Part shown: positions 38,787 through 49,504 of the stretch, piece by piece
How the letters are laid out: the number at the start of each line of letters is the position of its first letter
Numbering within the stretch: position 1 is the first letter of the stretch
NCBI GenBank assembly: GCA_963713825.1
Contig: CAVQNG010000005.1
Coordinates: 288,001-352,000 of the forward strand
Reading direction: 5' to 3'
Source: an uncultured Acidobacteriota bacterium
GTDB lineage: Bacteria; Acidobacteriota; Thermoanaerobaculia; Multivoradales; JAHEKO01
DNA length: 64,000 nucleotides
Notes under the pieces: generated by a model
Database searches by the model: none
What the model was told of the DNA's origin: nothing
The model's input: only the letters and a program-made list of their open reading frames with translations
Translations under genes and position numbers: made by a program

Positions 38787-38791
38787 TACCC

Positions 38792-38820
38792 TTGACCCTC
38801 GGCTGATCGATGGGTACACT
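38792..38820 (+). promoter_or_regulatory. sigma70 promoter for the sat operon
   Basis: TTGACC-N17-TACACT. Confidence 0.7.
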
Positions 38821-38976
38821 TTGCGCCACTGGAGCCCGCAAAGGGGCTCCTTTGCCGAATCCGGGCCCGACGAAACCTCCAGACCTTCAAACGCGACGCA
38901 TCGCTTGCACAGGATGGCTGTGCTTTGCCGCGAGCCCGGAACGCACCAACTTCTTAATCTTGGAGAAGGACCGATC

Positions 38977-40704
38977 ATGAATCACTTGAATAGTCCCCAC
39001 GGCGGAGAACTCGTCGATCTGCTGGCCACCGAGGAACGCCGAGAGGAGTTGAAGAAGGCCTCCCGGGACTGGGTGTCCTGGGATCTCACCCCGCGTCAGC
39101 TCTGTGATCTGGAACTGCTGATGAATGGTGGCTTCTCACCGCTCGAGAGCTTTATGGGTAGAGAGGACTTCGAGTCCGTTTGCTCGAATATGCGCCTGGC
39201 CGATGGCACTCTCTGGCCGCTGCCGATCACTCTCGATATCACCGAGGAGATCGCTGACCAGGTGGCCCCCGGCGAGCCCCTGGCTCTCAGGGACCCCGAG
39301 GGGACCATGTTGGCAGTGCTGTGGCTCGACGATCGGTGGGAGCTCGACCGGGAGTCCAAGGCCAAGGCCGTATACGGCACACTGGATCGCAAGCACCCCG
39401 GAGTGGCGCATCTTTTCGAGCGCACCAACAACATTGCCGTGGGGGGGCGCCTCGAGGGCGTGGAGCTGCCTTTCCACTACGACTTCGTGCGGCTGCGCCT
39501 GACGCCGCAACAGGTCAGGAATCGGTTCTCGAAGCTGGGCTGGAAGAAGGTCGTGGCCTTCCAGACTCGCAACCCCTTGCATCGAGCTCACTTCGAGCTG
39601 ACACTTCGCGCCGCCAGAGAACACGAAGCCAATCTACTGATTCATCCGGTCGTCGGCATGACCAAGCCCGGAGATGTCGATCACTACACCCGGGTACGCT
39701 GCTATCAGTCGGTGCTGGATCGCTATCCGACCAACACGGCCATGCTCTCGCTGTTGCCTTTGGCAATGCGCATGGGCGGGCCACGCGAGGCCCTGCTGCA
39801 CGCCATCATTCGCAAGAACTACGGCTGCACGCACTTCATCGTCGGGCGGGATCATGCCGGCCCTGGCAACGATTCGAAGGGTCAGCCTTTCTACGATCCC
39901 TACGGTGCCCAGGAGCTCATGCGTGAGCATCAGGACGAGCTGGGTATCGAGATGGTGCCGTTCAAGATGGTCGTCTATGTGGAAGACCAGGATGCCTACC
40001 AGCCGATGGACGAGGTGGCAGAAGGGGCTCGTACCCTGAGTCTGTCGGGCACCGATCTGCGGGACCGGTTGGCCAACGGACGTGAGATCCCCGAGTGGTT
40101 CACCTTCTCCGAGGTGGCCGACCAGCTCCGTCGCACTCATCCTCCGCGACACAAGCAGGGCTTCACCGTCTTCTTCACGGGCCTATCGGGGTCGGGCAAG
40201 TCGACGGTGGCCAACGTCCTGATGGTCAAGTTGCTGGAAATGGGTGGCCGTCCCGTTACCCTGCTCGATGGCGACATCGTCCGGAAGAACCTCTCCTCGG
40301 AGTTGGGCTTCTCCAAAGAGCATCGGGACCTGAACATCCAACGCATCGGCTTCGTGGCCTCCGAGATCACCAAGAACGGTGGCATCGCGATCTGTGCCCC
40401 CATCGCCCCGTACGACTCGGTTCGCCAGCAGGTGGCTGACACGGTGCGCCCAGGCGGTGGCTTTGCGCTGGTTCACGTCGCGACATCGTTGGAGATCTGT
40501 GAGCAACGGGATCGCAAGGGGCTGTATGCGAAGGCCAGAGCGGGCATCATCAAGGAGTTCACCGGCATCTCCGATCCGTACGAAGTTCCCGAGACTCCGG
40601 AAATCACGATCGATTCCGGTGTCCTGTCACCCGAAGAGGCGGCCCAGCAGATCATTCTGTATCTCGAACGGGAAGGCTACGTCGGGGCCACCACGGACGG
40701 CTAG
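38977..40704 (+). CDS. sat: Bifunctional sulfate adenylyltransferase/adenylylsulfate kinase
   Basis: FQTRNPLHRAH, VGRDHAG, P-loop GLSGSGKS, LDGD, DRKGLY, FTGISDPYE. Confidence 0.96.
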   Translation: MNHLNSPHGGELVDLLATEERREELKKASRDWVSWDLTPRQLCDLELLMNGGFSPLESFMGREDFESVCSNMRLADGTLWPLPITLDITEEIADQVAPGEPLALRDPEGTMLAVLWLDDRWELDRESKAKAVYGTLDRKHPGVAHLFERTNNIAVGGRLEGVELPFHYDFVRLRLTPQQVRNRFSKLGWKKVVAFQTRNPLHRAHFELTLRAAREHEANLLIHPVVGMTKPGDVDHYTRVRCYQSVLDRYPTNTAMLSLLPLAMRMGGPREALLHAIIRKNYGCTHFIVGRDHAGPGNDSKGQPFYDPYGAQELMREHQDELGIEMVPFKMVVYVEDQDAYQPMDEVAEGARTLSLSGTDLRDRLANGREIPEWFTFSEVADQLRRTHPPRHKQGFTVFFTGLSGSGKSTVANVLMVKLLEMGGRPVTLLDGDIVRKNLSSELGFSKEHRDLNIQRIGFVASEITKNGGIAICAPIAPYDSVRQQVADTVRPGGGFALVHVATSLEICEQRDRKGLYAKARAGIIKEFTGISDPYEVPETPEITIDSGVLSPEEAAQQIILYLEREGYVGATTDG

Positions 40705-40725
40705 ACGAAAATAGGAACCAAGACC

Positions 40726-41514
40726 ATGAGCCGACAAGAAGATCTGGCAAGGATCGAAGAGGCGCTGCGCCTCGCCGAAAAGGTTCTCGAGCCCTTCACT
40801 CCGGGCGCCATAGCTGTCGAGCGCAAGGCCGGTGGAGATCCAGTGACGGAAGCCGACTGGCGAGTCAACGAGACCCTCTACAACGCCCTGCCCCGAGAGG
40901 GTGAGGGCTGGCTCTCCGAGGAAACCGTGGACGATCTGGAGCGCCTCGACAAGTCGCGGGTCTGGGTCGTGGATCCCTTGGACGGGACTCGGGAGTTCGT
41001 CGAAGGACTTCCCGAGTGGAGCGTTTCAGTCGGTTTGGTGGAGAACGGCCAACCTGTGGCCGGCGGGATCTTGAATCCCGCTACAGGGCAGATGGTCCTG
41101 GGGGCTCTTGGTCATGGCGTGACGCTCAACGGTGAGGAGGCGAGGGTTACCGATCGCACCGACCTGAAGGGTGCCGTGGTCATGGCGAGTCGCAGCGAAG
41201 TGCGCCGTGGAGAGTGGAAGCGTTTCGAGGACCAGGGTTTCGAGGTCAGGGCCTGTGGCTCGGTGGCCTATAAGCTGGCCATGGTGGCGGCCGGACTCGT
41301 CGATGCGACGTGGACCCTGGTTCCCAAGAATGAATGGGACGTGGTGGCTGGTGTAGCGCTGGTCAGAGCCGCGGGAGGTCACACCGAGGTGCTGGACGAA
41401 CCTCAACGTGGCTTCAATCAGAGAGTCCCTCTGATGCCCGGCCTACTGGCCTATGGTCCGACGCTCCACGAGAGCATTCAGGAAGTCATCGCTCGCACGG
41501 CCGACACGGACTAA
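40726..41514 (+). CDS. cysQ: 3'(2'),5'-bisphosphate nucleotidase CysQ (inositol monophosphatase family)
   Basis: DPVTEAD, LSEE, VDPLDGTREF, EWDVVAG; follows sat. Confidence 0.88.
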   Translation: MSRQEDLARIEEALRLAEKVLEPFTPGAIAVERKAGGDPVTEADWRVNETLYNALPREGEGWLSEETVDDLERLDKSRVWVVDPLDGTREFVEGLPEWSVSVGLVENGQPVAGGILNPATGQMVLGALGHGVTLNGEEARVTDRTDLKGAVVMASRSEVRRGEWKRFEDQGFEVRACGSVAYKLAMVAAGLVDATWTLVPKNEWDVVAGVALVRAAGGHTEVLDEPQRGFNQRVPLMPGLLAYGPTLHESIQEVIARTADTD

Positions 41515-41532
41515 CTGGATCGCGTTGTCAGC

Positions 41533-42954
41533 ATGACCGCAGTCCGCCGCGGCCTTGGTGCCGCGATACTCGCTCTGATCGTCGTGTCGGTTGTGGGGTG
41601 TAGCCCAGCTCCGGAGACGGCGAAGAGCTTCGACAACGTTGTTCTGGTCACGATCGACACTTTGAGGGCCGACCACCTGGGAGCCTATGGCTATCCCCGG
41701 CCCGTATCTCCCTTTATTGATTCCCTGGCAGCCGCAGGGGTTCGCTTCGATCGGGCTATCTCTTCGAGCTCTCATACTGCCCCGTCTCACACGTCGATCT
41801 TCACGTCACAGTACCCGGCCCGCCACGGAGTTCTATTCAACGGCGTGAAGCTGCAGCCGGGCATCCCCACGCTGGCCTCCACCTTTCGAGAGGCGGGCTT
41901 CGAGACTGCTGCTTTTGTCAGCGTCAGCTTCCTTCGGGGCTCGGCTCGGGGTTTCAGCAAGCGGAGCTTCCACAGCAGGGCCGGCTTCAGGCGAGCCGAA
42001 CGCACGGTCGACGAGGCCTTGAAGTGGTTGGAGAGGCGAGATGAAGGCAAGAGACTTCTGCTCTGGATGCATCTCTTCGACGTGCACAGCTCGAATGACA
42101 AGGCTCGGCCACCGGCCGATCTGCTGGAAGTGATGAGGCAGGATTCACAACAGCGAGGTGACGAGCTCAGGCAGATACTGATCCGCGAGCAGGGAATCCC
42201 CGAGGACTTCCTGACCGAGGAAGAAGATCGCTTCGACGGTGGTGGGGCCTTGGAGCGATTCGATCGCTACGACGCGCAGATTGCCAGCGTCGATCGGGAA
42301 TTGCGCCGTTTCTTCGAGGGTATGGAGAGCTCGACTCGGGACTCCCGAACGCTGTGGGTGGTGACCGCGGACCACGGTGAAGGACTCGGAAACCACGAGT
42401 ACATCGGACATGGCAAGCTCTTGTACAGCGAGCAGATCCGGGTGCCGCTGATCCTCTACAGCGGAGACGAGCAGATTGCTCCGCGCACGATCGATCAGCA
42501 GGTGCGTCATGTCGATCTTCTCCCGACGATTGCCGAGCTTGCAGGGGTGGAGTTGGACGCCGAGACTCTCGAGCTCGAAGGGCGCTCTCTCGTAACTCTC
42601 GTCCAGGGAGCTCAGATCGGTCAGGGGGAGCCAGCTTTCGCGCAGCGTCGTCCCGCCGGCGAATCGAAGTCGAGGCTGGGCTGGTCGAAAGAGCTCGTTC
42701 TCGCAGCGGAGGCCGAGCGGTTCAAGTACATCCTCCACAGCGAAGGGGAAGACGAGCTCTACGACCTGGAGAGTGACCCGCTGGAGCTCGAGAATCTGAT
42801 CGGCACGGGCCTGCCCGCGGAAAGAGAGCTGGCTGAATGGCTGGCGCGCAAATACCAATGGATGGTGGAGCATCCCCTCTCGGAGTCTCCGGGTGGTGTC
42901 CAGATCGAGGCGGAATACGTCGAAGAGCTCAAAGCTCTCGGCTACCTGAACTAA
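41533..42954 (+). CDS. Sulfatase-like lipoprotein, Thr/His active-site variant
   Basis: Lipobox VVGC; TIDTLRADHL, TAPSHTSIFT, TADHGEGL, ELYDL, LKALGYL. Confidence 0.85.
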   Translation: MTAVRRGLGAAILALIVVSVVGCSPAPETAKSFDNVVLVTIDTLRADHLGAYGYPRPVSPFIDSLAAAGVRFDRAISSSSHTAPSHTSIFTSQYPARHGVLFNGVKLQPGIPTLASTFREAGFETAAFVSVSFLRGSARGFSKRSFHSRAGFRRAERTVDEALKWLERRDEGKRLLLWMHLFDVHSSNDKARPPADLLEVMRQDSQQRGDELRQILIREQGIPEDFLTEEEDRFDGGGALERFDRYDAQIASVDRELRRFFEGMESSTRDSRTLWVVTADHGEGLGNHEYIGHGKLLYSEQIRVPLILYSGDEQIAPRTIDQQVRHVDLLPTIAELAGVELDAETLELEGRSLVTLVQGAQIGQGEPAFAQRRPAGESKSRLGWSKELVLAAEAERFKYILHSEGEDELYDLESDPLELENLIGTGLPAERELAEWLARKYQWMVEHPLSESPGGVQIEAEYVEELKALGYLN

Positions 42955-43103
42955 GAGCTCCAGGATTGAGCGGCGGCGGCTCAATTTCTGGGTACGGCGT
43001 TGCTACCCGGCAGAACTTCGTCTCTGGCCTTGTTCCGCTTTACCAAGAGTGGAATTCTCGCAACAGATCTTAGCCATTTGGACTAAGATCCGAGAAATTT
43101 TGC

Positions 43104-43132
43104 TTGACAGGAAATATTCTTAGCCCTACAAT
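43104..43132 (+). promoter_or_regulatory. sigma70 promoter of groESL
   Basis: TTGACA-N17-TACAAT. Confidence 0.9.
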
Positions 43133-43135
43133 TTG

Positions 43136-43162
43136 TTAGCAGTCTCGGTTGACGAGTGCTAA
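43136..43162 (+). promoter_or_regulatory. CIRCE operator (HrcA)
   Basis: TTAGCAGTC-N9-GAGTGCTAA, one mismatch to consensus. Confidence 0.93.
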
Positions 43163-43230
43163 TCACGTCGATCTTGAGATCTCTAAACAACTGAAAATAA
43201 AGAATTTTCTTAACTACAGGAGGTAGGTAA

Positions 43231-43524
43231 GTGTCTGTGAACATTCGACCATTGCACGATCGGGTCCTCGCCAAACGGAGCGAGGAAGGTGAGCAAGTCC
43301 GTGGCGGAATCATTATCCCGGATACGGCCAAAGAAAAGCCCCAGGAGGCCGAGATCATCGCTGTCGGCCCCGGCAAGATTCAGGAAGATGGCAAGCGCGC
43401 TCCCATGGATGTGAAGGCGGGCGACAAGGTCCTGATCGGTAAGTACTCGGGCAGCGAGATCAAGATCGACGACGAAGACTACGTGATTCTGCGTGAGGAC
43501 GAGATCCTCGCGGTCATCGGCTAG
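43231..43524 (+). CDS. groES: Co-chaperonin GroES
   Basis: [21 protein letters not shown]. Confidence 0.98.
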   Translation: MSVNIRPLHDRVLAKRSEEGEQVRGGIIIPDTAKEKPQEAEIIAVGPGKIQEDGKRAPMDVKAGDKVLIGKYSGSEIKIDDEDYVILREDEILAVIG

Positions 43525-43561
43525 TCGCGACGCGGACTTCTTAAGAATTCGCATTTTCTGA

Positions 43562-45244
<1,683 letters not shown>

Positions 45245-45269
45245 TCGCGTCTTTGGCGCTTTGTATAGT

Positions 45270-45302
45270 GGCCGGTCCCTTTGGGGGCCGGCCCTTTTTT
45301 TT
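45270..45302 (+). terminator. Rho-independent terminator of groEL
   Basis: GGCCGGTCCC-TTTG-GGGGCCGGCC followed by T8. Confidence 0.9.
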
Positions 45303-45431
45303 GGCTTGAGGCGCCCGGTCGTGCCCTCTCACCCGTCCTGGGGCTTGGGGGCACTAGGGGAGTAGGGGATCGGGTGGGGGGTCCCCACTGCCTCAAAGGC
45401 AGGCCGGAGGGACGACGGACTCCTCAACCCC
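45303..45431. repeat. Short relative of the 22783-23321 element
   Basis: 45306-45347 matches 22833-22874 at 35/42 and 45391-45431 matches 23281-23321 at 36/41, both ungapped (hand count). Confidence 0.8.
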
Positions 45432-46365
45432 TGTTTTTGAACCAGGCTGCTGTTCGGGCGATGCCGTCCGACAGCGGTAGCGGCTCAGACACTCCGAGCT
45501 CGGATCGAAGGAGGGTGGCGTCTACGGACGATCTACGCTGCTCGCCGGGCATACCGGGGCCATGAGTCGCCTCGCGATCGCCGCCGAGAGAAGACGCGAT
45601 CTCGCGATAGAGCTCGACGACGTCTGTCTCGATACCGGTGCCGACGTTGTAGATGTGAAAACCAGGTCGACCCAGGGCGGCCACATTGGCGGCGACCACG
45701 TCGGAGACATGGATGTAGTCGCGGGTTTGCAGGCCGTCTCCATTGATGACAGGTGTCTCGCCACCCAATAGCCTGTTCATGAAAATGGCGACGACCCCCG
45801 CCTCACCGTGCGGATTCTGGCGTTCGCCATAGACGTTGGCAAAGCGCAGACACGTGACGTTCAGTCCGTACTGTACGTGAAAGTAGAAGAGATACTTCTC
45901 GGAAGCGAGCTTGGATACACCGTAGGGCGAGACCGGTCGCTCTGGATGGCCCTCAGGAGCTGGGAAGGTATCCTGCTCGCCGTAGATGGCGCCACCCGTC
46001 GAGGCGAAAATCACCTGTTCGACGCCAACGTTGGCGGCGGCCTGCAACAGGTTCAGGGCACCCAGAACGTTCACGGAGGCGTCGAAGACGGGGTCCTCCG
46101 TCGAGCGACGAACATCCATCTGGGCAGCCAGATGATAGATAGCCGAGACCTTCTCGCTGGCGATCAAGTCGGCCGCTTCGGCAGATCGGATGTCGAGCTG
46201 GTGAAGCTCCGCGGCAGTGTTGACGTTTTCTGCCCTGCCGGTCGAGAGGTCATCCAACACCAGGACCCTGTGGCCCTTTTCGACCAGAGCGTCGACGATA
46301 TGAGAGCCGATGAAGCCGGCTCCACCGGTGACCAGGACAGCAGGGCTCTCATTGGGTGAATTCAT
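45424..46365 (-). CDS. NAD-dependent epimerase/dehydratase (UDP-glucose 4-epimerase-like)
   Basis: TGGAGFIG, YGVSK, NVYGERQNPHGEAGVV. Confidence 0.93.
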   Translation of the reverse strand: MNSPNESPAVLVTGGAGFIGSHIVDALVEKGHRVLVLDDLSTGRAENVNTAAELHQLDIRSAEAADLIASEKVSAIYHLAAQMDVRRSTEDPVFDASVNVLGALNLLQAAANVGVEQVIFASTGGAIYGEQDTFPAPEGHPERPVSPYGVSKLASEKYLFYFHVQYGLNVTCLRFANVYGERQNPHGEAGVVAIFMNRLLGGETPVINGDGLQTRDYIHVSDVVAANVAALGRPGFHIYNVGTGIETDVVELYREIASSLGGDREATHGPGMPGEQRRSSVDATLLRSELGVSEPLPLSDGIARTAAWFKNRG

Positions 46366-46466
46366 GGCGACTCCGTCTGGGGAATGAGAATGCGAATAGA
46401 TGACGGTGGGCAAGGGCTCTCAGTGGGTGATTTCATGGCGAGACCGTCTGCGAAATGAGAACGCGA
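46342..46466. repeat. 54-bp imperfect direct repeat (46342-46395 and 46413-46466) covering the epimerase RBS and first codons
   Basis: AGGGCTCTCATTGGGTGAATTCATGGCGA... versus AGGGCTCTCAGTGGGTGATTTCATGGCGA... Confidence 0.8.
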
Positions 46467-47904
46467 GAGCCGATGAAGCCACCGCCACCCGTGACCAGGA
46501 CAGAGACATCAGTGAAATCAGGCATGGCCATGATGGGAGTTCCTCGTGATTTGCGATCTTGGAGTCAGGCCGTTGCGATGTCAGGCCCTGCACGACGTTG
46601 GAATGGCCGCCTCGGAAGACGCCGCGGGTATCCACGATGAGCGAGGAGTTCTCCAGCACCTGGTCATAGTCGACACTACTGTGGTCGGCCACCAGGACGA
46701 CTCCATCCTGAGACGAAAGGAGCTCTTTGGTGAGGGGCCGGGAGGCGAGGTGTCTCAGGTGCCGCCAGGACCGGGTCTCCGGGACGCGTGGGATATGGGG
46801 GTCGTGATAGCTGACGTCGGCGCCCATATCGATGAGCTTGGACAGGACGACGAACGCCGGGCTTTCACGAGGATCCGCGACGTCCTTCTTATAGGCCAGG
46901 CCGAGAACCAGGATCTTGCTGTCCTTGACCGGTTTGCCCCGGTTGTTGAGAGCCTCCTGGAGCTTCTCGACAACCAGCTGTGGCATTCGCACGTTGACTT
47001 CGCCAGCCAGCTCGATGAAGCGGGTCGAGATGCCGTACTGACGAGCCTTCCAGGAGAGATAGAAGGGGTCGATCGGGATGCAGTGCCCGCCCCAGCCCGG
47101 GCCAGGGTTGAAACGCATGAAGCCGAATGGCTTGGTGGCTGCGGCATCGAGGACTTCCCAGATGTCGATGTCCATTTCGTCGTAGACGATCTTGAGCTCG
47201 TTGACCAGCGCGATGTTGACGGCGCGGAAGATATTCTCCAGCAGCTTCGAGGCCTCGGCGGTGCTGGCCGAAGAGACCCGCACAGTGTCTACGACCACCG
47301 AGTTGTAGAGGGCGACTGCCAGGTCGGTCGAGGCCTCGTCGACTCCTCCGACGACTTTCGGGATGGTCGTCGTGGCAAAGTCTGGATTCCCGGGGTCTTC
47401 CCTTTCCGGGGAGTAGGCCAGGAAGAACTCCTCTCCGCAAGTCAGACCGGAGGTCTGGAGAATGTCACGCAAGAGCTCTTCGGTAGTGCCCGGGTAGGTG
47501 GTCGATTCCAGCACCACCAGCTGGCCCGGACACATAGCCTTGGCAATCGCCTCGGCGGTGCTCACCACGTAGGTCATGTCCGGCTCTCGCTGTGAGGTCA
47601 GCGGTGTCGGCACGCAGATCAGCAGCACATCGGGCTCGCCGAGCCGCGATAAGTCGGCGGTCGAGGTCAGCCTCCCGCCACTCGAAGCTTCGGCGACAGC
47701 GGCCGATTTGATATGACTGATATAGCTCTCGCCTCGATTCAGCTGTTCGACCTTGCGGTCGTCAACGTCGAAGCCCAGCACTGGAAACCCGGCCTTGGAA
47801 AAGGCCAGAGCCAGGGGAAGTCCGACATACCCAAGACCGAGAATTCCTACCGTCGCTTGACGGCTCTCGATCTTGTCCATCAGCTGCTGGGCGGTGTCGT
47901 TCAT
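46420..47904 (-). CDS. Nucleotide-sugar 6-dehydrogenase (UDP-GlcNAc/UDP-Glc dehydrogenase family)
   Basis: GLGYVG, ICVPTP, LESTTYPGTT, SPEREDPG, GGHCIPIDP, GLAYKKD; the C-terminal tail is probably a frameshift extension. Confidence 0.92.
   Translation of the reverse strand: MNDTAQQLMDKIESRQATVGILGLGYVGLPLALAFSKAGFPVLGFDVDDRKVEQLNRGESYISHIKSAAVAEASSGGRLTSTADLSRLGEPDVLLICVPTPLTSQREPDMTYVVSTAEAIAKAMCPGQLVVLESTTYPGTTEELLRDILQTSGLTCGEEFFLAYSPEREDPGNPDFATTTIPKVVGGVDEASTDLAVALYNSVVVDTVRVSSASTAEASKLLENIFRAVNIALVNELKIVYDEMDIDIWEVLDAAATKPFGFMRFNPGPGWGGHCIPIDPFYLSWKARQYGISTRFIELAGEVNVRMPQLVVEKLQEALNNRGKPVKDSKILVLGLAYKKDVADPRESPAFVVLSKLIDMGADVSYHDPHIPRVPETRSWRHLRHLASRPLTKELLSSQDGVVLVADHSSVDYDQVLENSSLIVDTRGVFRGGHSNVVQGLTSQRPDSKIANHEELPSWPCLISLMSLSWSRVAVASSALAFSFRRRSRHEITH
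46433..46531 (-). pseudogene. N-terminal fragment of a second NAD-dependent epimerase
   Basis: MAMPDFTDVSVLVTGGGGFIGSRVLISQTVSP*, with GAGGA SD; breaks immediately after the GxxGxxG motif. Confidence 0.75.
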
Positions 47905-47975
47905 CGAATTCTCCTGAGCATTCATCGATTCCTGCGGATCAAAGTCTATACTCCCAAGTCAGCTCTCGAACGTCT

Positions 47976-48422
47976 ATGAAGAACGTGACTGCGATGGGCA
48001 AAGTCCTCACAAGACATGTTCCCGCACTGACCTGGGCCTTGCTGACAGCTGTGGCTCTGCTGATGCCGGGCGATCCGCTCCAAGAGGCCGGAGGTTGGTT
48101 CGATCTGCCCGAGTGGCTGGAGCTCCTGGCAGACAGGCTGGGGCATTGGCTGGGACCGTGGGCGGACAAACTCGTGCATTTCGGGTTGTTTCTGGTTTTG
48201 GCCCTGCTCGTGCGGAGGAGTTTCTACGACACCAGCCGCGATTCGGAGGGAGCGTTGAAAAGCCTGGCCGTTATTCTGCCGTACATCGTTGTCCTGGAGA
48301 TTGCCCAAATCTGGATCCCCGGGCGTGGTTGGGAGACTATGGACCTGGTAGCCGGATTCGCGGGCGCTCTGGTGGCAATGCTCCTACTCCAAGTCCACGG
48401 GACGAGTCGGATGGTGTCATAG
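47976..48422 (+). CDS. VanZ family membrane protein
   Basis: ADKLVHFGLF, LEIAQIWIPGR...DLVA. Confidence 0.8.
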   Translation: MKNVTAMGKVLTRHVPALTWALLTAVALLMPGDPLQEAGGWFDLPEWLELLADRLGHWLGPWADKLVHFGLFLVLALLVRRSFYDTSRDSEGALKSLAVILPYIVVLEIAQIWIPGRGWETMDLVAGFAGALVAMLLLQVHGTSRMVS

Positions 48423-48532
48423 CCGCTTGCGGAAATGGGAGTGAGCCGGTTAGTCTTTGCGCCGCGTTTCGCAAGACATCGGTCGAGGCCGGCACCTGGC
48501 TCCCGCGAGCCAGAGGCACCTGGGGAAGAGTC

Positions 48533-49483
48533 ATGAAAGTCACGGACCATCTAGATCGGACTGAGAAGCCCCTGATCAGCTTCGAGATCATTCCTCCGCT
48601 GCGGGGTGGCAACGTCGTCGGCCTACTGCGCCTGATCGAGGACCTGGCCCGATACGAGCCGCCCTTCATCGACATCACCAGCCATGGTTCTCAGGTGAGC
48701 TACGAGGAGACCGACACCGGCATTCAACGCAAAGTGAAGCGGAAACGGCCGGGGACGATCGGTGTCTGCGCCCTGATCCAGAACAAGTACAACATCGACG
48801 CGGTACCACATGTTCTCTGTGTGGGATTCACCCGTGAGGAGTCGGAAGACTTCCTCATCGAGCTCAACTATCTGGGCATCGACAACGTGCTGGCGGTGCG
48901 AGGCGACGAGAATGGTTTCAGGAAGCCGCTGCAATATGGTCGTAGCGCCAACGAGTACGCTGGAGATCTGGTCAGTCAGATCGCTGCCATGAATCGTGGG
49001 CGGTATCTCGAGGAGGACATTCTGGATGCCGACCCGACGGATTTCTGCATCGGCATCGCTGGATACCCGGAGAAGCACTTCGAGGCACCCAATCTGGAAA
49101 TCGATGTGAGTCGTACAAAGGAGAAGGTGAATGCCGGCGGCGACTACATCGTGACCCAGATGTTCTTCGACAATCAGCGGTTCTTCTCGTACGTCAATGC
49201 CTGTCGCGAAGCGGGAATCGAAGTTCCCATCATCCCGGGTTTGAAGATCATCACCAACAAGACACAGCTGCGCACCCTGCCAAGCAAGTTCCACTGCGAC
49301 ATACCCTCCGAGTTCTCGAGGGAGATCGAGGCCGCAAAGCCGGAGCACGTTATGGAAGTCGGGGTCGAGTGGGCCCTGCAACAGGCCCAGGATCTTCTCG
49401 ATCATGGCGTCCCCTCGTTACACTTCTACTTGATGCAGAGCTCGAAAGCGATCAACATGGTGTTAGATCGCCTGCAGAGGTAA
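48533..49483 (+). CDS. metF: Methylenetetrahydrofolate reductase
   Basis: SFEIIPP, LAVRGD, AGYPEKH, VTQMFFD, LHFY. Confidence 0.93.
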   Translation: MKVTDHLDRTEKPLISFEIIPPLRGGNVVGLLRLIEDLARYEPPFIDITSHGSQVSYEETDTGIQRKVKRKRPGTIGVCALIQNKYNIDAVPHVLCVGFTREESEDFLIELNYLGIDNVLAVRGDENGFRKPLQYGRSANEYAGDLVSQIAAMNRGRYLEEDILDADPTDFCIGIAGYPEKHFEAPNLEIDVSRTKEKVNAGGDYIVTQMFFDNQRFFSYVNACREAGIEVPIIPGLKIITNKTQLRTLPSKFHCDIPSEFSREIEAAKPEHVMEVGVEWALQQAQDLLDHGVPSLHFYLMQSSKAINMVLDRLQR

Positions 49484-49504
49484 GAAAGGGTTGGGAACCG
49501 GGCG

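Noticed and set aside
38860-38890. GGCCCGACGAAACC resembling the SAM-I kink-turn strand in the sat leader
   Set aside because: The required GCAACC/GGTGC P3 and ATC/GAT P1 core are absent.
48423-48532. SAH, SAM or ZTP riboswitch before metF
   Set aside because: Only a small hairpin and a GGCACCTGG repeat; no recognisable aptamer consensus.
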